Shown piece by piece: positions 19,757 to 28,815 of a stretch of DNA of 64,000 nucleotides (the stretch's first letter is position 1; each line of letters opens with the position of its first letter). Source of the stretch: a virus; IMG/VR virus record IMGVR_UViG_3300045988_072432; one strand, written 5' to 3'. The notes beneath the pieces were generated by a model, which worked only from the letters and a program-made list of their open reading frames with translations, was not told the DNA's origin and ran no database searches. Position numbers and translations under genes: made by a program.

Positions 19757-21682
19757 TTAAAGTCCTAATGCCACACCTGTATAATCTTGCTGAGAGCCCA
19801 AGGAGTAATCTCCTAATATTTCCCCATTTACACTGACGTTAATCTTACCATCTTTTAATCCATCTCTAATAGCTGCTCTCATAGCATTTAAAAACCTTTC
19901 TTCATTTTGAGCCCTGATAGCAGAGGGGTCTTCTTTAGATTGAGCATCGGTATTCCTATCAACAGAACTTATAAGTCTACTACCTACTTCTATTAGTAAA
20001 GGTAAACCTACGGTAATAGCTAATCCCCAGGGTCCCCCAATTAACCCTAATAACCTACCACCTACCGAAGCTAAACTTCTAGTAGCAACAGTCTTAGCAG
20101 CTTGTTTACCAGCTTGATTAGCTACAGTACCTCCAACTACACCTCCAATGAGTGAAGTGGCTGGAGACATCCCTGGATTGGGTGTTTTAACATATCTACC
20201 GGTTTTGGTATTATAAAATCTACCAGCTTTGTTCATACTAACTCCCCCCATCATCATCTGCAATTGAACCATAGTCCTCATGAGATTTACCATACTTATC
20301 ATATGAGCTTCCATAATAGCAAATTGGGTGTTCGTCTTAATAGCTGCTGCAGACATACCCTCAGTAGAAGCCGTGGCAATAGTTTGTAAATATCCAACCG
20401 ACCTTATAATACCTCTCACAGTATTAAACCCTGCAACGATGGTACCAACTACTACTGCTGTAGCCCCTACTCTAAGAGCAAAGCTACCAGCCCAAGTTTC
20501 AGAGATAGAATTTATTACTTCGATGATAGAAGTACCCACATTAAGTACTGGGGTAAATATTCTACCCAAAGCCGCTCCTGCAGTAACGGTTAAGTTTTCT
20601 AAACTTGATTCGAATTGGTCAATAACACCCGCATCAGTTTTAAGACGTTCTTCATTAAGTCGATTTACTGCTCCCATGTTTTGATCATAGGTTGCAAGTA
20701 TCTTACCCATCTTATCTCTACCAGAAGCAATATCTCTAAGTACTGGAAGCATGCCTCGATTACCACGAACACCAAAGATATTGAAGAAGGTTGGTGTTTC
20801 TATCCGTGAAGGTAAGTCTACTGCCGCCTTGGCAAATTTCTGATAGATAGTGTAAAGATCTATAAGGTTACCCTGAGCATCGAAAAACTCATCCGGACTT
20901 AAGCCCAAGTCTGCTAAAGCGTTATAGCCTTTCTTTTTTTGATTAACAAGGGAGAGTTGTAAGTAACGAATCATATTAGCCAGAGAGGTACCTGCCATAG
21001 AACCTTGTATACCCATATCTCCCAATACACCGATGGCAGCAGCCGTTTGCCGAAGGTCTACTCCAGCAGTTGCCATATCTGCTCCTGCATAAGATATGGA
21101 CTGGGCTAAGTCTGTCAAAGATATATTTGCATTAGTAACTGCAGTATATAAGTCATCGGTTACTCTAGCGGCTTCTCCCATTGGGATTTGGTACATTGAC
21201 ATGATATTAGTCATCAAGTCAGCTACACCACCTTTCTGTCCCACTGGCATAGTAAAGATTGAAGCCAGCTTAGATGCTGGCCCAATCATTTCCTTAATAG
21301 CATCGAATTTATTACCTGCCATAGCCAGGTACCTTTGTCCTGATGCAACATCCGAAGCAGTAAGGGGAGTTATCTCATTGACGTCTTTTGCCAATTGTAA
21401 CATTTCCCTTTGTTCTGCAATGGTAGCACCAGCAATTTTCGAAGCAGTCCAAACTTCATTCTGAACACCCGCAGAGTATTTATAGGCCCTTGCCATTCCC
21501 CCTACGAGCTGCATTCCGAAGTCCATTGTATTAGAAGCTGACATCTGTATACCTCTATTCCAGGTACTCATGTCATTCATCATAGTTCTGAATGACCCAG
21601 ATATCTTGCCAGCCTCCTGAGAGAATCGGTCTTTTAATACCATGGCAACACCGACCTCTACTATACTCCTACTGGTATTCAT
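19757..21682 (-). CDS. tail tape measure protein
   Basis: 641 aa. Gly/Ala/Met-rich hydrophobic stretches. Position between the chaperone ORFs and the baseplate genes. Confidence 0.75.
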   Translation of the reverse strand: MNTSRSIVEVGVAMVLKDRFSQEAGKISGSFRTMMNDMSTWNRGIQMSASNTMDFGMQLVGGMARAYKYSAGVQNEVWTASKIAGATIAEQREMLQLAKDVNEITPLTASDVASGQRYLAMAGNKFDAIKEMIGPASKLASIFTMPVGQKGGVADLMTNIMSMYQIPMGEAARVTDDLYTAVTNANISLTDLAQSISYAGADMATAGVDLRQTAAAIGVLGDMGIQGSMAGTSLANMIRYLQLSLVNQKKKGYNALADLGLSPDEFFDAQGNLIDLYTIYQKFAKAAVDLPSRIETPTFFNIFGVRGNRGMLPVLRDIASGRDKMGKILATYDQNMGAVNRLNEERLKTDAGVIDQFESSLENLTVTAGAALGRIFTPVLNVGTSIIEVINSISETWAGSFALRVGATAVVVGTIVAGFNTVRGIIRSVGYLQTIATASTEGMSAAAIKTNTQFAIMEAHMISMVNLMRTMVQLQMMMGGVSMNKAGRFYNTKTGRYVKTPNPGMSPATSLIGGVVGGTVANQAGKQAAKTVATRSLASVGGRLLGLIGGPWGLAITVGLPLLIEVGSRLISSVDRNTDAQSKEDPSAIRAQNEERFLNAMRAAIRDGLKDGKINVSVNGEILGDYSLGSQQDYTGVALGL

Positions 21683-21685
21683 AAT

Positions 21686-21829
21686 TTATTTTCTTTTCTT
21701 TAGTTGTTTATAATATTGTTCGGCCATTTCCTTAAATATTTTCCTGATTCTATACGGAAGACGTAAAAAGCCGAAATAGTCTAAGGCTATCTCGGCTCTG
21801 GTGATATAAACAAAATCACTCTCTAACAT
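21686..21829 (-). CDS. small ORF in tail-chaperone position (not in supplied track)
   Basis: Own translation MLESDFVYITRAEIALDYFGFLRLPYRIRKIFKEMAEQYYKQLKKRK* (47 aa). Its ATG shares one nt with the stop of the 254-aa ORF (TAATG), and it ends 3 nt before the tape-measure ATG. Confidence 0.4.
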   Translation of the reverse strand: MLESDFVYITRAEIALDYFGFLRLPYRIRKIFKEMAEQYYKQLKKRK

Positions 21830-22593
21830 TACTCTTCCGTCAGGTAGAAAAAATTGGGTGCCCAAACTATAGGATAAGTTCTTTCTTCTCCAGTTAAGGG
21901 ATTAGTAATATGGGACTCTCCCTTAAAGATAGGGTCAATAGAGATTATATACTTTCTCATCTCAGCCATATCTTTTGCTGTAAATGGAGTAAAGTTTTCT
22001 ACCTTCTCCCAATTACCGTCTACTTCTAAGTAAAGATTCCGACAAAGTAAGGGGGCATTCTTAGTTTGTTTATCCAAGGGTAACTTCATGAACTCTTGTT
22101 CTCCCTTACCAGTCATACAATCAAATTTGATTTTCTTGCCCGATGAAAGAAGATATTCATGACCGGTTAATTGAATACCCTTTGGATAATAAGGGATGGC
22201 ATCTGGTTTTTCATCAAATACCCTATTATCAGTGGGTACTTCTGAATAATCGAAAAGGAACTCATGAAGGTCTTGGCCATAAGTAACTTTACCACCGTTC
22301 TCTTTACCCCAGTCATATTCAAATTCTACTTCCTCTCCCAATGAGAATATACGAGAATTGAAAATAATTGCATAGCGGTCATTGACTGGTAGATTGAGAG
22401 CATCATCAACGGTTAGCTTACCGTTAGGAGTGGCATTAGTTCTAATTATGATTGCTGCAATGAACTTGGTAAGGTTCATTAAAGTTTTCATGTCTGAAAG
22501 GTTACTGAGAATGTCTTCATCAGCTCCATTCTGTTCTCTAATTTCATATTCGAAACCAGAGGGTCCGGTAAATCTAAATGTTCTAAATTCCAT
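21829..22593 (-). CDS. tail assembly chaperone-position protein
   Basis: 254 aa between tube and tape measure. Assigned by position only. Confidence 0.45.
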   Translation of the reverse strand: MEFRTFRFTGPSGFEYEIREQNGADEDILSNLSDMKTLMNLTKFIAAIIIRTNATPNGKLTVDDALNLPVNDRYAIIFNSRIFSLGEEVEFEYDWGKENGGKVTYGQDLHEFLFDYSEVPTDNRVFDEKPDAIPYYPKGIQLTGHEYLLSSGKKIKFDCMTGKGEQEFMKLPLDKQTKNAPLLCRNLYLEVDGNWEKVENFTPFTAKDMAEMRKYIISIDPIFKGESHITNPLTGEERTYPIVWAPNFFYLTEE

Positions 22594-22650
22594 AACTTTG
22601 ATATATTTAATGTTTACAAATGTTCATAGTACTCCGTATAACAACAAGAA

Positions 22651-22685
22651 AGGGGTGAGCTCCTATCCACAGGAATCCCACCCCT
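22651..22685 (-). terminator. hairpin terminator after the sheath-tube genes
   Basis: AGGGGTG (22651-22657) pairs with CACCCCT (22679-22685). On the transcribed strand it is followed by TTCTTGTTGTT. Confidence 0.5.
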
Positions 22686-22717
22686 CCACCGAATCTTAGT
22701 GAAAATAGACTAAGGAA

Positions 22718-23182
22718 TTAGTATTTGTCTGCAGTACCCACCGAGAACTCTATGGACTCTAGGGTATTCTCTGAAGCCATTCTGTCCAAGTCTAAGCCGG
22801 TAATCTTACATGGCCATACCTCTTCGAAGACGTGGGTATTAAGAACCGAAACTCCATCTTCGGCAAGTTCGTTTACAATAGCCGTTTCCCAATATTGGCT
22901 TGGTACTAAGCCACCACCAACTATATGGTCTTGGCAAGAATAAAGCCAGTCATGAAGCCAGGTATCTGAACCTGCAGTAGTCATAAGTTTCTCTACGATA
23001 AGATTACCTATAGTAACCCTACCAGCAGTTTTAACATCTCTATTGACATCCCCATGAGCCACCTGGTCAATCTCAATATCAGGCAAAGTACAACTTTGGA
23101 ATAGATAAGTATTGATAGGGTGTTTGGGGAACATGATACTCCACAGGAATTTCTTTCGTGGATTTTTTACTTTTGCTCCCAT
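22718..23182 (-). CDS. tail tube protein (T4 gp19-like)
   Basis: 154 aa immediately after the sheath gene. N-terminal FLWSIMFPKHP...CTLPDIEID resembles the gp19 family. Confidence 0.7.
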   Translation of the reverse strand: MGAKVKNPRKKFLWSIMFPKHPINTYLFQSCTLPDIEIDQVAHGDVNRDVKTAGRVTIGNLIVEKLMTTAGSDTWLHDWLYSCQDHIVGGGLVPSQYWETAIVNELAEDGVSVLNTHVFEEVWPCKITGLDLDRMASENTLESIEFSVGTADKY

Positions 23183-23192
23183 CGTTATATGT

Positions 23193-24962
23193 TTATAGGT
23201 TATTACTTGTTTCTACGACTGATACAGCCTTAGAAGCTGCATCAATTACAATCTCCATAGTTACCTCTTGCATAGGAACTACATCCTTATACTTAAGGAT
23301 AGCACGGTACTTACCTTGACGGGCATCTGCTTCGTTATTTACGGAAAGATCATCCCAAGAAGTTGCATCCTGGTCACCCATCCAAGTATATTCGGTCATG
23401 GCATCTTCGTCTACCAAAGAATCTAATGTAGGTTTAACTTCCAACCAAATTCTTTTCCAAGTTCCCCAAACGTTTGGTTCTTCCAAATACTTATTAAGTA
23501 CTGGACGAAGGAACTTCTTCAAATACAAATTCAATCTTACGATTGAAAGGAATCTTTCTGAATCCTGTTTTACCTGAGAAGAGAAGCAATGCCATAGCAT
23601 GGTTTGTTTACCGGCATCGGGAGTATCTTTGATTACCATCTCATTGATATAATTCTGAGCAAGTGTGTTCAGTTCATTATATCGAGAAGGAGAACCATAA
23701 TTTGGACATACGGGCCCAACTGCATCTCCAATAACTCCTCGGTTCATACCAGCAAAGGATTTCCAAGGACCATATTGAGTAGCAGAAGCATCTCCCAAAC
23801 CTGCAATGGTACCTACTACATCAGAATCTTGAAGATTGCCGTTCTCATTGTAGTACTTAAGGCCACCTCCAAAGTAAGCAATGTACTTGGAATTACCCAC
23901 GGTACCAAGACAAGCCTGTACCCAAGTAACCTGAGCTTTATAGTCTCTTGGTTGAGTACCCTGGGTGTAATGGGTTAAGTGTTTTGGGACTTCTATGTAC
24001 AGTACCCATTCCATCAATTCTTTTGCCATATCTGCAGCAGCCTTATATACCTTGAGTACGTCAGCATCAGTAGTAAGATGTTGAGAGATATGAGAAATGA
24101 ATAATTGGTAAAAGTCAGTGTAGTCCCTTACTAAATCCAATGAAGCGATCCATTCATCAGCAGTAGGGTTAGAACCAGCACTACCTACGGTACCGGTAAA
24201 TAGTTTCTCGGTATCGGAAGGAGCTGCTCCCCCAACTGTTACAGTAACGGCATTTTTTGTACCATCTACACTATCGGTAAGCCATTTTATTAAGTTCTCA
24301 AAAGATGAACCAGCAACTACTACCGGTTTAATATACTCTGAGTTCTTAGCAAAGGCACTAAGAGCAAGGTAATCTACCGAAGTATTATTGTTATCATCGG
24401 CAGTTTTATAAGTTACTACCGGACCTTGTTCAAGTACCTGGCCATTGCCCGAATAGATTCTATAATACAAGGTATTGGATTGTTTATAGAAACCTACCTG
24501 AAAGGTATCAGTACTACCGATGGGGTCTCCATAACCTTTGGTTACCAATCCCAAACTATAAGTAGTTCCCCCAGAAGCAATGGTTATCAATGCTGCAGGA
24601 GTAGCAGGGTCTGGAGTAGCAGAAGCAGGTACTATACCTTCCTCTTCTGATTTAGCAACTGTTTTAGCTTTACCTGCAGTTGCAGCTACTGTACCTTGAG
24701 TAGCTCCATTACCAAGCACTCGAATAACACGAAGCTTAGAACCACCTTGCAAAGCCTTTTCGATATTTGATACAGAACCATCGGGTACAATTTCAGAACC
24801 ATAGATTCTTTGGAACTGAGAGAATGTAGAGATGATTTCTGAGGGGTCATCATAAGGGCCCTTAGTAGTTCTAGCCAATACACAAGAAACTCCTAACATA
24901 GGAGTAGTTTGAAGAACATTGTTGTTCTTAAACTTAAAATCAACATGAGGTGAAGTTGGCAT
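23193..24962 (-). CDS. contractile tail sheath protein
   Basis: 589 aa. N-terminus GVSCVLARTTKGPYDDPSEIISTFSQFQRIYG is typical of sheath proteins. Followed directly by the tube gene. Confidence 0.8.
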   Translation of the reverse strand: MPTSPHVDFKFKNNNVLQTTPMLGVSCVLARTTKGPYDDPSEIISTFSQFQRIYGSEIVPDGSVSNIEKALQGGSKLRVIRVLGNGATQGTVAATAGKAKTVAKSEEEGIVPASATPDPATPAALITIASGGTTYSLGLVTKGYGDPIGSTDTFQVGFYKQSNTLYYRIYSGNGQVLEQGPVVTYKTADDNNNTSVDYLALSAFAKNSEYIKPVVVAGSSFENLIKWLTDSVDGTKNAVTVTVGGAAPSDTEKLFTGTVGSAGSNPTADEWIASLDLVRDYTDFYQLFISHISQHLTTDADVLKVYKAAADMAKELMEWVLYIEVPKHLTHYTQGTQPRDYKAQVTWVQACLGTVGNSKYIAYFGGGLKYYNENGNLQDSDVVGTIAGLGDASATQYGPWKSFAGMNRGVIGDAVGPVCPNYGSPSRYNELNTLAQNYINEMVIKDTPDAGKQTMLWHCFSSQVKQDSERFLSIVRLNLYLKKFLRPVLNKYLEEPNVWGTWKRIWLEVKPTLDSLVDEDAMTEYTWMGDQDATSWDDLSVNNEADARQGKYRAILKYKDVVPMQEVTMEIVIDAASKAVSVVETSNNL

Positions 24963-24995
24963 AATTCTATTGTGATTAAAGTTAATTACTTGTTT

Positions 24996-25003
24996 AATTT
25001 ATA
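24996..25003 (-). promoter_or_regulatory. TATAAATT, T4-late-promoter-like motif upstream of sheath gene
   Basis: Minus strand reads GGGTATAAATTAAAC, 33 nt upstream of the sheath ATG, in a 57-nt intergenic gap. Confidence 0.3.
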
Positions 25004-25019
25004 CCCTAGAGTATTGTAC

Positions 25020-25724
25020 CTATACCTTAGGTACTTTTAACTCTAACATTTCATTTTCTTTTTGTTCTAACAACCCGATGAGAACTGATATATCCTGGAT
25101 AGGTGTAAGTATACCTTCTTCCAGGGGTTTTTCTGGAAGAATACCATCTTTACATAGGTAAGTATATACCTTTTCAAGTATTCCATGTTCTACATCTGGA
25201 TGATCATAATAATTACCAATTTCAATGAATAGGTTTCCGGTTGATGCAAGCCTGCCCTTGTCCCATTCCTCTAAATCATTGAAATAAGGTTTTATGTATC
25301 CTCTAGCAGGTAAGCCAGTATATAAGATTGTATGTAGTAATCTCATATCTGCTTGAGTTTGAGAAACTAGATGTACATCTATGGTAATATCTTTGGTTTC
25401 ATAAGGAAACTCTGAAGCTTGGTAATTACCATCTTCAAGTCTATCACCAATAATGTATTTGTTCACACCAATATCCCCAGCATAATAACCCTGTAATTCT
25501 AGGGTTATTCTTGGGAGAGTTTTAGGGCCTTTCACTTGATTATTCCCGATACCAAATAGAGGTATAAACTTCTTCATATTCTTAATTGCCTCTTGAAATC
25601 TTTTTTCGTTTTCTTGAGACAAAGGTAAGAAGTCTTCTGGATTCAAAGTTAGACCCATTTCTAACATTGTACTTAGTAAAGAGATATAAAAAGTTCTCTC
25701 TACTATCTCTTCTGAATTTACCAT
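25020..25724 (-). CDS. hypothetical virion protein (tail-completion position)
   Basis: Position immediately upstream of the sheath gene. Confidence 0.4.
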   Translation of the reverse strand: MVNSEEIVERTFYISLLSTMLEMGLTLNPEDFLPLSQENEKRFQEAIKNMKKFIPLFGIGNNQVKGPKTLPRITLELQGYYAGDIGVNKYIIGDRLEDGNYQASEFPYETKDITIDVHLVSQTQADMRLLHTILYTGLPARGYIKPYFNDLEEWDKGRLASTGNLFIEIGNYYDHPDVEHGILEKVYTYLCKDGILPEKPLEEGILTPIQDISVLIGLLEQKENEMLELKVPKV

Positions 25725-26653
25725 TAATTTCCTAATCTAATTTTTAGTTGAACTTCATGGCTACCAGTATCATTTATAATTCCGTTATAAGTTACAATTA
25801 TACCCCCCATCGAGAATATATTGGTTTCAAGATGGCCAGTACAATTTAATTCACTAACCCAAGTAGTACTTATATTAGAGGGGTAATCAGTAAGCCATAC
25901 TTTATAGGGAAAGGGATTTGCCCCAGGAGCAGAAAAAGTACCTTCTATAGTTTTACTAATGTCTGTTATCTTAAATTGTTTTACAAACTTAGCCACTTCA
26001 TAACCATTGATATGGTAGTATTGGTATCCCTTTACACCCCTAATAGAAGCAGTACTACTGCCTTGTCCAACACCGGGGAATGGTATATTGGGAGTTGGTT
26101 CAAAACCATACTCAGTAGTTCTTTTACCAGGAGATTGTTTTATAGTTATATCTTTCGTACCAGCCCGAGATACTATTCGTATAACACCGCTTCTTTCCTT
26201 TGGATTATAAGTGCTTGCCTCATACTCGTTGTTATAAGAGAGCGTCTTAACTGTTAATTTTCCAGCATTATTACCTTCCCCAATCTCTTTGGTTATATTT
26301 AACCAATCCAAAGAATTTTCAACAGTCCAATCTAAGGCTCTATATTCTTCTTGAGGTTCACCACCAATATATTTTTGTTCATAACTATAAACTAATATTT
26401 CCCAAATCTCAAGCCTTTTGGTACCATCAAAAGTATAACTATCACTGTCAGGTGAAATAGTAAGGAAGGGCTTCCAAGTTTCTACTACTTGGGGTTTTCC
26501 CTTTTGTGTAAAAGTAACTTCCCTTTCTACTCCCTGAACTATCACTTTTATTACTTGTTCTTTATTAGATTCTGATTCATTAGCTGCTTTAGGCTTCACT
26601 CTAATAGTAGCAGGACCAGTCCCTGATAAAGAAGATATTTCGAAATCCGACAT
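25724..26653 (-). CDS. virion protein with BACON/Ig-like segments
   Basis: GPATIRVKPKA...QVIKVIVQG...VTFTQKG and RSGVIRIVSRAGTKDITIKQSPG resemble BACON-type strand patterns. Confidence 0.4.
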   Translation of the reverse strand: MSDFEISSLSGTGPATIRVKPKAANESESNKEQVIKVIVQGVEREVTFTQKGKPQVVETWKPFLTISPDSDSYTFDGTKRLEIWEILVYSYEQKYIGGEPQEEYRALDWTVENSLDWLNITKEIGEGNNAGKLTVKTLSYNNEYEASTYNPKERSGVIRIVSRAGTKDITIKQSPGKRTTEYGFEPTPNIPFPGVGQGSSTASIRGVKGYQYYHINGYEVAKFVKQFKITDISKTIEGTFSAPGANPFPYKVWLTDYPSNISTTWVSELNCTGHLETNIFSMGGIIVTYNGIINDTGSHEVQLKIRLGN

Positions 26654-26654
26654 A

Positions 26655-27212
26655 TTATTTTACTTTCCTTAATTCATTTCTAACCGCATTACGTATCTCC
26701 TTTTGTAAAGCTGCTTTTCCACCAGCAGCTTTATAAGCAGGACCCCATAGAGGACGAGGTGGTAAATTACCATCCCTGCTACCATATTCTAACATGATAG
26801 CTATCTGGTTCAAGGTTTTTCTAGAAGTCTTACCAGTATAAGTAATCTTCTTGATTCTAATTGGTAATCCAACAAAAGTCCGTTTTTTACCCTTTACTAA
26901 AGTAACTGATCTAGCATACTGACCAGTAAGGTGTAACATAGTGTGATCCCCATACTTTTTAATGGTTCCTGGAGCATGGGGTGGCCATGATACTTCTGAA
27001 CCTCTTGGTGGAACACCCTTATTCAAACTTCGTCTTACTATACGAAGAAGTTGATTACCAAACTTTTCTGTACCCTTCGCATAGCCTTTGGTTAAGATAC
27101 TTGGAGTTTTGGCAATCAACCTTTCTGCACGAGCTTGTTCTCGTTTGTCTACGTATATTTCTAGAGGGCCAACTGGAATCAATAGTGTAATATTAACCGA
27201 CTTACTTGGCAT
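26655..27212 (-). CDS. head-tail joining protein (HK97 gp10-like, tentative)
   Basis: Size and position. ...HLTGQYARSVTL... resembles the family weakly. Confidence 0.35.
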   Translation of the reverse strand: MPSKSVNITLLIPVGPLEIYVDKREQARAERLIAKTPSILTKGYAKGTEKFGNQLLRIVRRSLNKGVPPRGSEVSWPPHAPGTIKKYGDHTMLHLTGQYARSVTLVKGKKRTFVGLPIRIKKITYTGKTSRKTLNQIAIMLEYGSRDGNLPPRPLWGPAYKAAGGKAALQKEIRNAVRNELRKVK

Positions 27213-27217
27213 AATTC

Positions 27218-27751
27218 TTACTGTTGTTTAGGTTTATCCAATCCCAGCTCCTGAGCAATTCTCTGTAACAGAGTCTCTTGAGTGGAGATTCGTTGGTCCA
27301 TGTATTGACGGAACTCCTCAAACCCTGGAGCAGGTTTACTTGGAGCAGAAGGTGATTGGTTAATTGAATTGAGAATGTTATCGCATTCAGAAACAATTGC
27401 CTCAAACTTTGGTCGATTGTTAAGTATATTCAAGGCATTCTGTTTCTGCATAGTAACCTCATTAATTATATTCACTACATCGGTAGTATAATATACACCA
27501 TTATAAATACCTTCATCAGATTGTGATGGCAAGTATATGGTGAGTTGTGATACCGAATCTTGGATTACCAATTCGACACTGTTAACAAAGCCGTCTTTAG
27601 CACCAGAGGCCATTGGTTTACTTTCTCCTACCTTTACGATTCTTGCTGTATCAAAAATAGGATAACCAGACCGTCTGTCTTTTTCTAATGTGAAAATCAC
27701 TTCACCCTTTTGTAACTTTTGGAAAATCAATGTTCTTTCGTCCATAATCAT
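27218..27751 (-). CDS. hypothetical head-tail connector-region protein
   Basis: 177-aa ORF coupled to its neighbours. Confidence 0.45.
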   Translation of the reverse strand: MIMDERTLIFQKLQKGEVIFTLEKDRRSGYPIFDTARIVKVGESKPMASGAKDGFVNSVELVIQDSVSQLTIYLPSQSDEGIYNGVYYTTDVVNIINEVTMQKQNALNILNNRPKFEAIVSECDNILNSINQSPSAPSKPAPGFEEFRQYMDQRISTQETLLQRIAQELGLDKPKQQ

Positions 27752-27948
27752 TTTCTATTTATTAAATTTAAACCAAATGAAACTGCACCCGGATTCTTTT
27801 GCATGAAGTCTACCAGGTTTAAGAATTGATAGTATCCAAATTGATCGATGAATACCTGAGCTTTGTTTGCTACTTCTTGTGCAATCTCTATATTGGGAGC
27901 CGGTAGAGCTAACTGTATCTTAAATTCGGTGAGTTGTTCTTTTTCCAT
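27748..27948 (-). CDS. small hypothetical protein
   Basis: 66-aa ORF, ATGA overlap with the downstream gene. Confidence 0.4.
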   Translation of the reverse strand: MEKEQLTEFKIQLALPAPNIEIAQEVANKAQVFIDQFGYYQFLNLVDFMQKNPGAVSFGLNLINRK

Positions 27949-27970
27949 AATTCCTTAGTTCAAGTGGTTA

Positions 27971-28012
27971 AAACGAAAAAAGGAGTACACCCCTGATAGA
28001 TGTACTCCTTTC
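27971..28012 (-). terminator. strong rho-independent terminator
   Basis: AGGAGTACA (27981-27989) pairs with TGTACTCCT (28001-28009) around an 11-nt loop. On the minus strand it is followed by TTTTTCGTTTT. Confidence 0.75.
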
Positions 28013-28036
28013 TAATCATCCTGGTATGACAATTGG

Positions 28037-28750
28037 TTATGCCGTTATAGTACCTCCAGTAGCCTTCAGAGCTGCAACCACTTGGTTGATAATGTTCTGG
28101 TCTCTCTGGGCATCTACCACTCGATTCAGACGGGCAATCTCCTGGTCCTTTGCAGTGTTCTCAATGAGACATTTGATTTCCTGTTGTCCATTCTTGAGGT
28201 CACAGCAGCAACGTTCCAGCTGAAGAGCCAAGTCTGATTTTACTTCTTTAATCAAGCCTTTAGTTTCGCAGCAGCAATTCTGTTGTTCAAACCCCATTTG
28301 GCAAAGGCGGTCCATAACCCGGTTGAAGCCTGCTCCCATTTGGTCACGGGAATCACGGATATCCGAATTCGTTTTGTAACCCAGATCACAAAGACCTCTT
28401 TCGGTTGTGAAACGGTTGTTAAGAATTTCTCTACCAACACCAGCAACATCTTTTGCTACTCCACCGATTTCTTGGGTTACCCCACGGGCAGCATCAGAGA
28501 TATCCTTGTAGATACCTGCTTTTGCTTCCTGAACAGTAGATTCTACTTTCTGGATGTCAGCCTTGGTGTCATTGATTTTGTCCCATACAGAAACTGCAGC
28601 CGCACCAAAGCCACCACCTACCAATGCACCCCCAACAGCACCCCAACCGGAGCCCCAGCCAGAATTACGATTACCACAGCAACAATTATCATTGCAGCCT
28701 CTGTCCGCGATTACAACGCCATCGCCAGCACCTTTTACTTCTACTCCCAT
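28037..28750 (-). CDS. Gly-rich / triple-Cys (CCC x3) protein of unknown function
   Basis: 237 aa. NCCCG, NCCCE and RCCCD motifs, a glycine-zipper-like segment GWGSGWGAVGGALVGGGFGAAAV and an amphipathic repeat region. Visibly more GC-rich than its neighbours. Confidence 0.6.
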   Translation of the reverse strand: MGVEVKGAGDGVVIADRGCNDNCCCGNRNSGWGSGWGAVGGALVGGGFGAAAVSVWDKINDTKADIQKVESTVQEAKAGIYKDISDAARGVTQEIGGVAKDVAGVGREILNNRFTTERGLCDLGYKTNSDIRDSRDQMGAGFNRVMDRLCQMGFEQQNCCCETKGLIKEVKSDLALQLERCCCDLKNGQQEIKCLIENTAKDQEIARLNRVVDAQRDQNIINQVVAALKATGGTITA

Positions 28751-28815
28751 AATGTTTTAATTAATAATAAAGTTAATTATCTCATATAAAAATATCCTGG
28801 TGTTGTAAATTAAAT

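Noticed and set aside
28283-28789. Antisense or nested ORFs in the supplied track. Examples: 28283-28789, 28554-28760, 5048-5653, 5193-5549, 39580-40092, 20328-20684, 21096-21464, 35733-36194, 63430-63819, 63588-63995, 42238-42564, 56361-56642.
   Set aside because: Each lies entirely within, or opposite to, a longer ORF with recognisable motifs or clear operon context. Their products are low-complexity or hydrophobic mirror translations, and none has promoter or coupling signals.
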